Of a stretch of 55,264 nt of DNA, positions 11,024 through 21,454 are shown one piece after another. The stretch's first letter is position 1; the number at the start of each line of letters is the position of its first letter. Source of the stretch: a virus (lineage: Duplodnaviria; Caudoviricetes); IMG/VR virus record IMGVR_UViG_3300029309_000054, positions 1 to 55,264 of that record; one strand, written 5' to 3'. The notes beneath the pieces were generated by a model. The model ran no database searches and was not told the origin of the DNA. It saw only the letters and a list, made by a program, of their open reading frames with translations. The position numbers and the translations under genes were made by a program.

Positions 11024-11033
11024 AGAGAGGCTC

Positions 11034-14000
11034 ATGGCTGAAGAAAACGTAGAACTTGAGAGTCTTTTTCCGCAGGAGCAGCCGGTTTCCACGCCTGCCG
11101 TGGCTACGGACGAGTCCTCACCTGCTTATGAGGTTTCTCAACAACGAGTATCCGACATCGACGCTGAGCGACAAAGGTTTCGTGACTCCTTTGATGTTGG
11201 CGGGGCGACCCTTGCTGGGTATGACGACAAACAGATTTTAGATTATGTGTTAGGTGTCTATCCTAATCCCAGAGGGGTTGCGGGAAACAGAGAAGCTTAC
11301 CAAAAAGCCAAAGCCGCCGGTCATTCAGACAGTGATATTTTAGCGACCCTGACAGGTGCTAGGTCTCCTTCTGCTGTAGGTGCTATAGCTGAAGGTATTT
11401 CAAAAGGCGTAACAGAGATGGGCCCAGTCGCGGCTGGCGGCGTAATGGGTTTCAAAATAGGTGCAGAACTCTCCCCCTTTGTAGCTGGCGTATCTGGACC
11501 TTTCGCTCCGGTAACTGTTCCTACCTTTATCGGTCTGACCACGGCAGGTGGCGCAGCTTCAGGTTATTTATTTGGTGACACCGCCTCGGATCTTATCTTT
11601 CCAGAAGAGCCGCTGACGCCTAGTAAGCGTCCTTTTCGAGAGTCTGGATACACCTTTGGTGCGGGCCTTACTTTTCCTCTAGGCATACAGGCATCAGCTT
11701 TGAAGTTTGTCCCGGGGACATTTTCGTTTTCTCGCAATGTAGCTCGGATGAACGGTCGTTTGACGCCTATTGAACGAATCCAACAAACTGCTATTGAGCG
11801 GCCCGGTGCGTTTCTTAGAACAGAAGGTGCGTCCCTTGGCGGTGCTAGCACTGGTGCGTTTTTAGCAGAAAAAAAGGACCCCGGAGACGCTACAACACGT
11901 CTTTTGGCAGAGGTGGGTCTGGGAACACTTAGCCCTGTTGCCTTGGCGGACACCACCATCTCTTTCGTAAAAAACAAGGTATTAGATGTTAGTCGTGCTT
12001 TTACTGAGACGGGTCGTCAAACACGGCAAGGCAACGCTCTTGTAAAGTTTTTTAAAGAAAATGGCGAAGACCCCGAAGCGGTTTTGAAGGCATTGCAAAA
12101 TCCCGACCAAATAAGCGCCCTTGCTACCTCTATGGGTATTGATATCGGACCGCGGACCACGGCTTCTGTAACAGGATCTCCCGCGTTTTTAAAACTTCAA
12201 AACACGCTGGCGCAAGACAAAGCGTATGGCCCAACTATTCGTAATGCGCTGCGTAAAAACAATGAGGGTATGGCGAACCTAATTGATTTAATGGCTGAAT
12301 CAGGAGACCCAACCCTTATTTCAAAGGCCGCTAGTCTTCGTAAGGATTTTATGCGCGGTGTAATCATACAGAGATTAGACGACATAAACGCAGCCGCCAT
12401 ACGTCTAAACCAAAAAACTGCGCCGGATAGCCCAACGGCGCGTATGCAAGCAGGTCGTGTTATTGAAGGTCTTACAGACCAAGCAATTAAACAGATGCGC
12501 GAAACAGAAAGTAACCTTTACACTGCGGTAAATGGAGCGGAAGAAATTGATGCTTCAAACCTCGTAGAAGCTTACAGAGCTATGGAAGATGAACTAATTG
12601 AGTTGGGTGTCGCTATCCCTAGCTCTGTCCGTAACATTGTCGGTAAAGCCTCTGGTGAGTCTATAGAGGTCGCAGAGGCCAATCTTGAAAAGATCACACG
12701 GATCAACACTCGTATTGACAAGGCAGACGACAAAATATCTGCAATTCGTGCATCTAATCCAGATAGTGTAGAAGCGGTAAATAGTTTGGTTTCTACAGAC
12801 AACCCGCTTGAACAGCAGCTAGTTCAAATACAAGACGCCATTCGCACATTAGAAGCAGATGATGCCCTAACGCGACTGGGCATCAAATCCCCAGAGCGTA
12901 ATCGTCGTTTAACCGTGCTTCGCAATCAGGCTCAAATTATCAATGGCCGCCTTGAGATTAACGATATTCAGGCCGCTAAAGCTGTGCCACCAGAAGGGTT
13001 TGATACTACTATTACACTTGGGGAAATGATGAACGCCCGGTCAAAGCTGCTGACACTAGGACGTAGCCTGACAGCGAACAACAATTTCCAACCCGCACAC
13101 TTTGTTTCAGACCTCGCCAACGCCATAGTGGATGACTTTGGTATCCGGGTAGCTGACGATGTTGAGCTTTCAGCAAATCAACAGGCGCTTCGTGACGCGC
13201 ATGATTTCTCTGTAGCTTTAAATGATGTATTTAGTCGCGCTTTTCCGGGGGTGATTCTAGCTAGAAACAAATCTGGTGCCCGCCGCATCATGCCCGAGCT
13301 TCTTTCTGCTGCCACCTTCCGTGGCGGTGGAGATGCCACTTCCTTGCGCTATGACCAAATGTCAGATGCCATGAACTTTGCGGCACAAAATGCAGGCAAA
13401 GAGTTTTCTGATACGGTCGCTGGTCAAATAGGAACGATGCGTAGCAACCACGAGACCTTGATGCGGGCAGCGTTTGAGGATCTGGTAGACCCAACTACGG
13501 GGCGGGTAACTCAAGAAAAATTGGACCAGTTTACCGCTAAATATCGTAATGCCTTGTTTACTGAAGATGGAAAAAGCAAGTTTCCAGCTTTTACCGCAGA
13601 CTTGGCAAGCGTGGCCAAAGCAGAAAACATGCTTGAAACTCGTCTACGCCTTACTGGTGACCCACGCTTCGCGGAACCCGGAGCTAATTTAAAAATCAGC
13701 GTTGACGGTAAAAGCTTTGGTCTCGGTTCCCGAGCCCCTGAAGGCTTGATACATGGTGCTTTGAAGGATGAAATTAGTTTTCTTAATTCAATCGGGTCAG
13801 ATACCAACCCAGTAAAGCTGATAGCAGCGACAATCGGCTCCCCAGATTCGCGTCCAGATAATGCCGTAAAAGGTCTTCGTACTCTTGTGCGTAACACTCG
13901 TTCCGCAGAAGCAAAGTTTCCCGGAGCGATGAACGGTTTGCGGGATATGATCCTAGACCGTGCCATAACTTTTGCGAGTGATGTGGACGCAAATGGCGAT

Positions 14001-14834
14001 CAAATCCTCGATTTTGCCCGATTTAACAAGTTTTTAAACCAGCCGATTGCCCGAGGGCAGCCGTCCCCTTTGGAAATATTGCGTCAAGAGGGCGTGGTAG
14101 ACGATGGTTTTGCCGTCCGCATGAACACGCTTTTGTCTGAGGGGGCCAACACACAACGCGCTTTGGTGGCGGCCCGTTCGGGAGATGCAGAAACGGTTAA
14201 ACTGCCTCAACCGTCGTTAGATAGGGCGGTAACTAACCTTATTACTATTGTTTCTCTCCGCGCTGGACGGTTCGCAACACAAAAAGCCCCCGGATCCGGT
14301 CAGGGCCTTGCAGAACCTTCAATGGCTGCACGAGAGGCATCAGACATTTTCATAGATGTTCCCAATATCCAGCAAGATAAATTATTAATACGTGCGGCCC
14401 TTGAGCCTGACTTCTTCAAACTTTTGATGGAAAGTGCAAAGCCGGGTACAAGACGATACGTACAACGCAATCAACGCCTTCGCGCTTACCTCACAAATGC
14501 GGGCTTGATTGGTGCCACGGCAGAGCAGCGTTATAACGAAGAACGCGCAAAAAGAGAGTCCGACGCGATAGGGGCGGCTCCTGTATTGAGCCCTCCATCC
14601 GCAACCGATGCTTCTGTCGTACCAATTAGTCCAAACGTAGCTCCGGGCCTTGTTACGGTAGATGAAGCCCGTGCACAAATTCCGACGCAACCGGTGGCAC
14701 CTCCCACAACCACCCTTGCGTCGGTTTCCCCTAGCATGAACCCAGTAGGGCAGGGCTCGGTCAACCGCTCGCGGTTCGCGGCCCTGTTCCCTGAAGACCG
14801 TGCGCTTATTGAAGGCATAGGGAGTCTCGGCTGA
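11034..14834 (+). CDS. Large internal virion / ejection protein (~1266 aa)
   Basis: ATG 11034 follows a GAGAGG RBS; helical, Ala-rich; position matches podovirus large core proteins. Confidence 0.7.
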   Translation: MAEENVELESLFPQEQPVSTPAVATDESSPAYEVSQQRVSDIDAERQRFRDSFDVGGATLAGYDDKQILDYVLGVYPNPRGVAGNREAYQKAKAAGHSDSDILATLTGARSPSAVGAIAEGISKGVTEMGPVAAGGVMGFKIGAELSPFVAGVSGPFAPVTVPTFIGLTTAGGAASGYLFGDTASDLIFPEEPLTPSKRPFRESGYTFGAGLTFPLGIQASALKFVPGTFSFSRNVARMNGRLTPIERIQQTAIERPGAFLRTEGASLGGASTGAFLAEKKDPGDATTRLLAEVGLGTLSPVALADTTISFVKNKVLDVSRAFTETGRQTRQGNALVKFFKENGEDPEAVLKALQNPDQISALATSMGIDIGPRTTASVTGSPAFLKLQNTLAQDKAYGPTIRNALRKNNEGMANLIDLMAESGDPTLISKAASLRKDFMRGVIIQRLDDINAAAIRLNQKTAPDSPTARMQAGRVIEGLTDQAIKQMRETESNLYTAVNGAEEIDASNLVEAYRAMEDELIELGVAIPSSVRNIVGKASGESIEVAEANLEKITRINTRIDKADDKISAIRASNPDSVEAVNSLVSTDNPLEQQLVQIQDAIRTLEADDALTRLGIKSPERNRRLTVLRNQAQIINGRLEINDIQAAKAVPPEGFDTTITLGEMMNARSKLLTLGRSLTANNNFQPAHFVSDLANAIVDDFGIRVADDVELSANQQALRDAHDFSVALNDVFSRAFPGVILARNKSGARRIMPELLSAATFRGGGDATSLRYDQMSDAMNFAAQNAGKEFSDTVAGQIGTMRSNHETLMRAAFEDLVDPTTGRVTQEKLDQFTAKYRNALFTEDGKSKFPAFTADLASVAKAENMLETRLRLTGDPRFAEPGANLKISVDGKSFGLGSRAPEGLIHGALKDEISFLNSIGSDTNPVKLIAATIGSPDSRPDNAVKGLRTLVRNTRSAEAKFPGAMNGLRDMILDRAITFASDVDANGDQILDFARFNKFLNQPIARGQPSPLEILRQEGVVDDGFAVRMNTLLSEGANTQRALVAARSGDAETVKLPQPSLDRAVTNLITIVSLRAGRFATQKAPGSGQGLAEPSMAAREASDIFIDVPNIQQDKLLIRAALEPDFFKLLMESAKPGTRRYVQRNQRLRAYLTNAGLIGATAEQRYNEERAKRESDAIGAAPVLSPPSATDASVVPISPNVAPGLVTVDEARAQIPTQPVAPPTTTLASVSPSMNPVGQGSVNRSRFAALFPEDRALIEGIGSLG

Positions 14835-16387
14835 TGAATTTTTTTGCAGATCGAATGAAAGATTTTGCTCAAGCCGCGCGGCCTACTCAGGTTAGCCAAG
14901 TAACACCCTCTGGTAACACGAGGTCTGGGCAAGGCCGCGGCGAAGACTCCCCGAGCGCGGCCAGAGATGACCGGATAGCTTTTGAAGAGTTTAAAAAAGC
15001 GACGGGCCGCTCTGATAGAAACCCTTATGGTGATGCGGGTCTTTTTGGCTCAAGTGGTGACTATAGCAACAACATGAGTCAGAGCCAGATCGACAAGGTA
15101 AACAGGCAAGCATACAACCAATATTTAGGGCTTGTATCAGGTCGGGGCACCCAGAGGGGTGGAGAAGGTGATTTCATCCCCGGGTATGCCCCGGCTCTAA
15201 AACTTGGTTCAGAAACTCCCAGCGGGACGGTGGTCGCAGCACCCAACCAACCGGAACCGGCGATGGGGGGTATTCTTAACTTTCTGCCGGGTGTTGGTAT
15301 GATCCAACGCTTGTTTGGGGGGTCAAACACCCTTCGGACGTTGGACGATGGCGGTGTAAACTACAGCACTGAGGGCATTGAAACCTTGAGGACCCCCTCT
15401 GCCGCTCCGATGGAGACAAGCAACCTTGCCCTGTCCCCAACTCTAATCAGCGCACAGCCCAGAAATAACAATAAGTTTACGGTCCCGTTTAACTTAGACC
15501 AAGTTCTTAGGGATGTTCCTAAAACCGGCATTGGTAGATTTATTGAAAGAGGTGGGTTTCAATTCGGTCCGGGGACGCTCAAGCCTGAGTTTAACCTGAA
15601 AGACAAGGGTTTTGGCCTTACTTTCAAGATGCCAATCGCTCAGCAAGATCCTCAAGCCTTCGCACGAGACCAAGCCCTTACCAACCAAAATCGAACTCAA
15701 CTTGAATATCCGGAAGGAGTGGAGCGAAAGTCCCTGTATGAGGGATTAGCTCCGACTGCGAGGGGTTTAATTTTAAGCGATATTGTAGGCCCCACTAGGA
15801 ACACAGAACTGTCCGACCTGTCGGATGCCAAGAGCGTTGGAAGCCCATACGCGGGAACCACAGGAGCTTTTGTTCCTAGACGAGTTGAGATCGGCCCAGA
15901 CGGTAGGTTAATTGAAATCCCAGTTGGTTTTGACAAAGGCGGAGAAGTCCCCGCAGGCGAGGGTTTGTTTTCAAAAGAAGAACTCGCTCGTCAGGAAAAA
16001 ATAAGCGCGGCAGAGCTTCAACCCGACGGCAGTTTGCCGGGTGTGGATACTTTACGACATGCCACCCCCGAAGAGGTGGAGATAGGGTCGTATAACTTTT
16101 TAAAAGATTTAGAGGACAATCTGAGATACCACATTAAAGAACGAGACAAGGTAAAACCCTTTGAGTTTTCGGGAGTTACAAGAGACAGAAAGATTTTTCA
16201 CCAGCGTCAAGTTGAAGATCTTGAGAAACGAATACAAGATTTCAGTAGTCAGAGAGCCGCGGCGGTGGTTAATTACAGGGATTACATAGCCGCAGGGGGC
16301 TATCCATTAATTGTAAATACGGAAGAAGAGCCCTACTTCACCGGCTTTAACCCTGATCTAATAAATTTTAGAGCAACCAATCCCTAG
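14834..16387 (+). CDS. Hypothetical protein, probably virion-associated
   Basis: 517 aa; coupled to the upstream gene; FDKGGEV tag; overlaps the end of the convergent helicase gene. Confidence 0.6.
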   Translation: MNFFADRMKDFAQAARPTQVSQVTPSGNTRSGQGRGEDSPSAARDDRIAFEEFKKATGRSDRNPYGDAGLFGSSGDYSNNMSQSQIDKVNRQAYNQYLGLVSGRGTQRGGEGDFIPGYAPALKLGSETPSGTVVAAPNQPEPAMGGILNFLPGVGMIQRLFGGSNTLRTLDDGGVNYSTEGIETLRTPSAAPMETSNLALSPTLISAQPRNNNKFTVPFNLDQVLRDVPKTGIGRFIERGGFQFGPGTLKPEFNLKDKGFGLTFKMPIAQQDPQAFARDQALTNQNRTQLEYPEGVERKSLYEGLAPTARGLILSDIVGPTRNTELSDLSDAKSVGSPYAGTTGAFVPRRVEIGPDGRLIEIPVGFDKGGEVPAGEGLFSKEELARQEKISAAELQPDGSLPGVDTLRHATPEEVEIGSYNFLKDLEDNLRYHIKERDKVKPFEFSGVTRDRKIFHQRQVEDLEKRIQDFSSQRAAAVVNYRDYIAAGGYPLIVNTEEEPYFTGFNPDLINFRATNP

Positions 16388-17816
16388 CCTCTTCGCCCAG
16401 CACCTGCCCGGCGAGATTGATCTTGCCGCGCAGGGCTTTCAAGATCTTCTCGTCTATCGTGCCCGGCGACACCAGATCGATATATGTAACCTTGTTCATC
16501 TGCCCAATGCGGTGCGCCCGGTCCTCAGACTGTAGGCGCGTAGCTAGGTCATAACTGTTGTTGTAATAGATAACGGTTTTGGCCTCGGTTAAAGTAATGC
16601 CCATGCCACCGGTCAACGGCTGGCCCACAAAGAAGCGCAGCTCGCTGTCCGGCTCTTGGAACCTGTCCACGATGGCCTGCCGCTCATCTTGTGGTGTGTC
16701 ACCGTAATAGGTTGCGACCGCTTCGGGCCCAAAGCGGTCGCGCAGGGCCGAAGCTATCTGTTGAATGCCGTGGGTATACGACGCCCAAATGATTGCTTTT
16801 CCCTGTAGCTCTTCTGTAATTGCAAGTAATTCATTTAGTCGGTTGTTCTCAATGAGCTGCACCTCGCCTTCGTCCGGTTGCAAGAAGCCGCAGCATATCT
16901 GTTGTAGGCGCATAATCTGCGTCAGAACGCTGGCAGTCGTAGCCAGCTCACCGTTCTCCAGCTTCGCCAGTGCCAGCTTCTTCATCTGACCGTACAGGCG
17001 CTTCTGCTCTTCGGTCAGCGGTACGTCTCGCCGCGTGTACAGCTTGTCTGGCAGGTCAAGGCAGTCCTCTTTCAGGACGCGGTTGCTGAACCGGTCCAGC
17101 CGCTCGTTGAGCTCGTCCAGCCTGCGGTAGCCCACAATCTCTTGAAACGCCCGGTTGCCCATCTTGCGGTTCTGCACCACAGCATACCGGTTCTGAAAAG
17201 CGTAATAGCTTTTGAAACTGAGCGCAGCATCAGACAGAAAGGCGCACTGGCTGAACAGGTCCATCGGGCTTTTGGTAATTGGCGAGCCGGTCAGGATGCG
17301 CTTGTATTTGGCAAAGTCCGATAACTTGACGATATTCTTGGTGCGCGTTGCTTTGCGATTTTTTATGGTCGTGCTCTCGTCTACTACCATAATGTTGTCC
17401 GGGAACTTTTGCAGGAAGGCAACCGCAGCCTTGGTGCCACGGGACGTAGACAACGCCTCAACATTCATAACGAATATCCGCAGCCCGCGAAAATCGCCAA
17501 ACAGAAAATCCCACATTTCATCCTGATATTTCTTAGTGTTGGCAGGGGTCCACCGCATGATCTGCCGATCAACGTCGTCTGGGAGATGTGTCGGTATTTC
17601 TCCCTTTACCCAGTTGTCATAAACGCCCTTCGGTGCCACTATGAAGGCAGCATCGATCTTGTCCATCATATGCAAGATGCCGATGGTATCGATAGCCACC
17701 TTTGACTTGCCTGTTCCCATCTCCATGAACAGCGCATAATACTCCGCGGCCCACGAATCTGTGAGTGCCTGCCTCTGGTGATCAAACGGTTCAGTCTTGA
17801 ACTTGTACTTTTTCAC
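16368..17816 (-). CDS. SNF2-family (SF2) DNA helicase
   Basis: MEMGTGKS Walker A, VDES, LTGSP, QSEDRAHRIGQ motif VI; GTG start at 17816 after an AAGGAGG RBS. Confidence 0.93.
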   Translation of the reverse strand: MKKYKFKTEPFDHQRQALTDSWAAEYYALFMEMGTGKSKVAIDTIGILHMMDKIDAAFIVAPKGVYDNWVKGEIPTHLPDDVDRQIMRWTPANTKKYQDEMWDFLFGDFRGLRIFVMNVEALSTSRGTKAAVAFLQKFPDNIMVVDESTTIKNRKATRTKNIVKLSDFAKYKRILTGSPITKSPMDLFSQCAFLSDAALSFKSYYAFQNRYAVVQNRKMGNRAFQEIVGYRRLDELNERLDRFSNRVLKEDCLDLPDKLYTRRDVPLTEEQKRLYGQMKKLALAKLENGELATTASVLTQIMRLQQICCGFLQPDEGEVQLIENNRLNELLAITEELQGKAIIWASYTHGIQQIASALRDRFGPEAVATYYGDTPQDERQAIVDRFQEPDSELRFFVGQPLTGGMGITLTEAKTVIYYNNSYDLATRLQSEDRAHRIGQMNKVTYIDLVSPGTIDEKILKALRGKINLAGQVLGEEARDWLL

Positions 17817-17826
17817 AACTTCCTCC

Positions 17827-17867
17827 TTGACTATGCGAAAATATAAGCATATATACATGTCTGTCAA
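17827..17867. promoter_or_regulatory. Overlapping divergent sigma70-like promoters
   Basis: Plus strand TTGACT-N17-TATATA; minus strand TTGACA-N16-TATATT; between the helicase and the replication operon; contains TATGCGAAAA. Confidence 0.6.
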
Positions 17868-17907
17868 GACCCGATAGGTGTCTTTAATCACGAATGAGGA
17901 ATCACGA

Positions 17908-18486
17908 ATGAGTAACATTTTCGACCAAATGGAGGCTGACTTTGAAAACAAGTTGGCCTCTTCCGTTGAGAAACTCGACCAGAGTGACTTAACGACCGTG
18001 GCTGGATTAGCCAAAGCTATCCGCGATCAAGAAGAGGCGATTGCTGCCCTTGAGGCCGATCTCAAGCAAGCAAAGAAAAGCCTGATGAAGATGACGGATG
18101 AAGACCTGCCGACCATGTTGGCAGAGATTGGACTTTCCAGCATGACGCTTGATGATGGGTCAGAAGTCTCTGTCAAGCAGACCTACGGGGCATCCATCCT
18201 CGTGGACAACCGTCCCAAGGCATATCAATGGCTTCGTGAAAACGGATTTGGCGACATCGTCAAGAATACCGTCTCATGCTCGTTTGGCATGGGCGAAGAC
18301 GAAAAGGCTGAGCAGTTCCGTTCGATTGCGGAAGAGCGTGGCTATCTTGCCGAGCAGGATACGTCTGTGCACTCGTCTACTCTACGAGCTTGGGTTAAAG
18401 AGCGCGTGGAAAACGGGGACGACTTCCCTATGGAGCTTTTCGGTGCATATGTAGGACAACGAGCCATCATTAGGAGGAAAAAATAA
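17908..18486 (+). CDS. Conserved phage replication-module protein
   Basis: ATG after GAGGA; coiled-coil N-terminus; WLRENGFGDIVK and VHSSTLRAWVKE motifs. Confidence 0.75.
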   Translation: MSNIFDQMEADFENKLASSVEKLDQSDLTTVAGLAKAIRDQEEAIAALEADLKQAKKSLMKMTDEDLPTMLAEIGLSSMTLDDGSEVSVKQTYGASILVDNRPKAYQWLRENGFGDIVKNTVSCSFGMGEDEKAEQFRSIAEERGYLAEQDTSVHSSTLRAWVKERVENGDDFPMELFGAYVGQRAIIRRKK

Positions 18487-19277
18487 TGGCTAGCAAAAAG
18501 AATGAGGTTGCAGAGACCAAATCTGCGGAAGTAGTGCAGTTCGATCCGACCATGTTCGAGGCAGATGCCGGAATGGGTCTGGAGAACATGGGCGCTGAAG
18601 ATCTTGCCCTGCCGTTTCTGAAAATTTTGGGCGGCATGAGCAAGGAACTCGATGTATTGGAAGACGCTCGCAAAGGTGACATTTACAATACCGTCACTGG
18701 AGCCGTTTTAAAGGGCAAGGAAGGCGTTAGAGTCGTTCCGTGTGCCTACCAGCGTCGGTTCATCCGTTGGGCCCCTCTGGGCGAAGGAACGGGCGCTCCT
18801 GTGGCCGTCTACGCACCGGGCGAGGCCATGCCGAAAACCAAGCGGTCTACCGAGGACAACAAGGACTATGTCGAAGACGGTTCCGGTGACTACATCGAAG
18901 AGACGCACCAGCACTATGTGCTCGTGCTGCACGAGGACGGTCAGGTAGAGACCGCGCTGGTTGCCATGAAATCTACGCAGCTAAAGAAGTCGCGTAAATG
19001 GAACAGCATGATCTCCTCCCTGACTGTGCAGGGTAAGAACGGGCCGTTCACCCCGCCACGCTTCAGCCACGTTTACCTGCTGAAGACGCAACTCGAGGAG
19101 AACTCCAAGGGTAGCTGGCATGGTTGGGAAATGAGCCGCGTCGGCCCAATCGAGGACATGGCAACTTACCAGCGTGGTAAGGACTTTGCCGCCAGCATTG
19201 CTGCTGGAGATGTCGTTGTGAAGCATCAGGACGAGTCCGCGGGCGGGGATGTCAACCCCGACGACGTACCGTTCTAA
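18486..19277 (+). CDS. Putative single-stranded DNA-binding protein
   Basis: Acidic C-terminal tail ending DDVPF (SSB-type tip); replication operon context. Confidence 0.7.
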   Translation: MASKKNEVAETKSAEVVQFDPTMFEADAGMGLENMGAEDLALPFLKILGGMSKELDVLEDARKGDIYNTVTGAVLKGKEGVRVVPCAYQRRFIRWAPLGEGTGAPVAVYAPGEAMPKTKRSTEDNKDYVEDGSGDYIEETHQHYVLVLHEDGQVETALVAMKSTQLKKSRKWNSMISSLTVQGKNGPFTPPRFSHVYLLKTQLEENSKGSWHGWEMSRVGPIEDMATYQRGKDFAASIAAGDVVVKHQDESAGGDVNPDDVPF

Positions 19278-19340
19278 TCAGTTGAGGCGGCAGGGTGTTG
19301 TCGTGTTTCCCCTGTCGCCTCATCCTTCACGGGGGCACAC

Positions 19341-20879
19341 ATGTCAGTTGATACTTTTTCATCCATTTTTGACGGTCTAAAGATCGCCTATGGCACATAT
19401 AAAATCGAAAAACAGCAGGCTAACGGTAAGAACACGGGCAAAGCTGCTATCATACGCGAACCGCGTGACACGGCTCTTTGGGAGGGCCATCTGTCTGGTA
19501 AGGGACGGGGCATTGGCATCATCCCCATCAACGAGGACAACAAGTCTGTCTGGGGCTGCGTAGACGTTGACCAGTACCCGCTGGACCATAAGGTTCTAGT
19601 CGAGAAAATCCGCAAGCTGAAGCTGCCTCTTGTCGTCTGCCGGTCAAAATCCGGCGGGGCGCATTGCTTCTTGTTCACCACCGAATGGGTGGATGCCAAG
19701 GACATGCAGGCCACGCTGCAACAAATCTCCGCTGCGCTGGGCTACGGCGGCAGCGAAATATTTCCAAAACAGATTAAGCTCAACCTTGACCGCGACGATG
19801 TCGGCAACTTTCTGAACCTGCCGTACTACGACGCCGAGGACGGGCTGCGCTACGCCATCAAAGACGACGGCACCTCTGCCACCCTTGAGGAGTTCTTTGA
19901 GCTCTACGAGAACTACAAGCAGACGCCCGAGCAACTGACGGCGCTACAAGTGGGCGATCCTGAAGAGGTATTACCCATGAAGGACGGCCCGCCGTGCCTT
20001 CAGTTCCTGCTCAAGAACAAGATATCCGAGGGTGGCCGCAACAACGGGCTGTTCAACATCGGCGTCTATCTGCGTAAGGCATACCCGGATAGCTGGGAAT
20101 CGGAGATACTGACATACAACATGCAGTATCTGGAGCCGCCGCTGCCGCTCAGCGAGGTCAACATTGTTGCCAAGCAGATTGAGAAAAAAGACTACGCCTA
20201 CCGGTGTAGCGACTCTCCGATCAACGCGCACTGCAACAAGGACCTGTGCCAGACTCGCAAGCACGGCATCGGCGCAGCCATCCAAGGCGCGGCAATCGCG
20301 AACCTTCGCAAGTACAACTCAAACCCGCCGGTCTGGTTTCTGGATGTCAATGGCGAGCCCGTTGAGCTGGATACAGAGGCTCTGATGAGCCAACCTGCGT
20401 TTCAAAAGTGCTGCATGGAGCAGCTTAACTTTATGCCCCGGTCTGTTAGTAAGCAGGTTTGGGAAGGCCGCATCGGCGGGCTAATGAACGAGATGCGGGA
20501 CAACGAAAGCGCCATCATAGATGTCGCTGAAGACGCCAGCATAAACGGCCAGTTTTACGATTATTTGGAGGAGTTCTGCGCTCACATGCAAAAGGCCAAT
20601 GACAAGGAAGAGATACTGCTCAAGCGCCCATGGACGGACGAAGAAAGCGGCACCACTCTGTTCCGCCTGAAAGACTTTGAAGCATATCTAAAGCGCAACA
20701 AGTTCTTCGAGTACAAGACGCATAAAATAGCGCAGCGTTTGCGTGATTTGGGCGGACAAAGCTGCGTATTGAAAATTAAAGGCAGGCCCGTCCGGGTGTG
20801 GGAAGTACCCGCTTTCGATAACGCAGACGTAGACATTAACACGCCATCCTTTGGCAGCGGTGAAGGAGCACCTTTCTGA
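19341..20879 (+). CDS. Primase (AEP/PrimPol type) with PriCT domain
   Basis: WGCVDVD, RSKSGGAH and GNFLNLPY catalytic-type motifs; EGGRNNGLF PriCT-like motif. Confidence 0.8.
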   Translation: MSVDTFSSIFDGLKIAYGTYKIEKQQANGKNTGKAAIIREPRDTALWEGHLSGKGRGIGIIPINEDNKSVWGCVDVDQYPLDHKVLVEKIRKLKLPLVVCRSKSGGAHCFLFTTEWVDAKDMQATLQQISAALGYGGSEIFPKQIKLNLDRDDVGNFLNLPYYDAEDGLRYAIKDDGTSATLEEFFELYENYKQTPEQLTALQVGDPEEVLPMKDGPPCLQFLLKNKISEGGRNNGLFNIGVYLRKAYPDSWESEILTYNMQYLEPPLPLSEVNIVAKQIEKKDYAYRCSDSPINAHCNKDLCQTRKHGIGAAIQGAAIANLRKYNSNPPVWFLDVNGEPVELDTEALMSQPAFQKCCMEQLNFMPRSVSKQVWEGRIGGLMNEMRDNESAIIDVAEDASINGQFYDYLEEFCAHMQKANDKEEILLKRPWTDEESGTTLFRLKDFEAYLKRNKFFEYKTHKIAQRLRDLGGQSCVLKIKGRPVRVWEVPAFDNADVDINTPSFGSGEGAPF

Positions 20880-21454
20880 TGAAAGACCGTAACGATTACA
20901 TTTACGAGCAGCGCGTGGTGCAGCTTCGCACATATCAATCCATCGCGGATGAGGTGGGCCTGTCACGCCAGCGTGTGTGTCAAATTGTGGTCAACGTCTC
21001 ACAGCGCGTCCGCTGGGAGCAGGAGATTGAGGCTTTGCCCGACAAGCCTAGCAAGATGTGTCACCTCGTCTTGCCCCGCCGTGTCCGTAATTGCCTCAAA
21101 AACGAGGGCCTGTTCGATCTAACATTTGAGGAGTTTCTAAACCACGCCGAGCAGAAGGCGTTGGATAACATACCTAACCTTGGCAAACGCAGTGTCACGT
21201 TACTTGAAACGCGGCTCTCGGAACAGGGCCACATTATGCCCGAACGGTTGCGAAACAGGGCCAGTTTGTTGCGGGATGCCAGAGATTTCAAACGCGAAGC
21301 CCGGTATGCCAAGTACCGTCAGATCATGCGGTGGCGCAAAGAGCAGCGCAGCATCAAATGGATCGCTCACGAAGTGGACATGAGCTACGGCGGTGTTACT
21401 CAAGTCATTCAGCGATTCCTTGCTAACCCCGAGGCCCTCGATGGAAAAGAATAA
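20879..21454 (+). CDS. HTH protein with an RNA polymerase alpha-CTD-like domain
   Basis: TYQSIADEVGLSRQRVCQI (sigma region 4-like HTH); LPRRVRNCLKNEGL...IPNLGKRSV (alpha-CTD-like); second HTH SIKWIAHEVDMS. Confidence 0.7.
   Translation: MKDRNDYIYEQRVVQLRTYQSIADEVGLSRQRVCQIVVNVSQRVRWEQEIEALPDKPSKMCHLVLPRRVRNCLKNEGLFDLTFEEFLNHAEQKALDNIPNLGKRSVTLLETRLSEQGHIMPERLRNRASLLRDARDFKREARYAKYRQIMRWRKEQRSIKWIAHEVDMSYGGVTQVIQRFLANPEALDGKE

Noticed and set aside
10962-11033. Upstream starts given by the ORF track (also 18014, 21393, 33463, 35593, 29670)
   Set aside because: Downstream starts have clear RBSs and avoid long overlaps or promoter regions.
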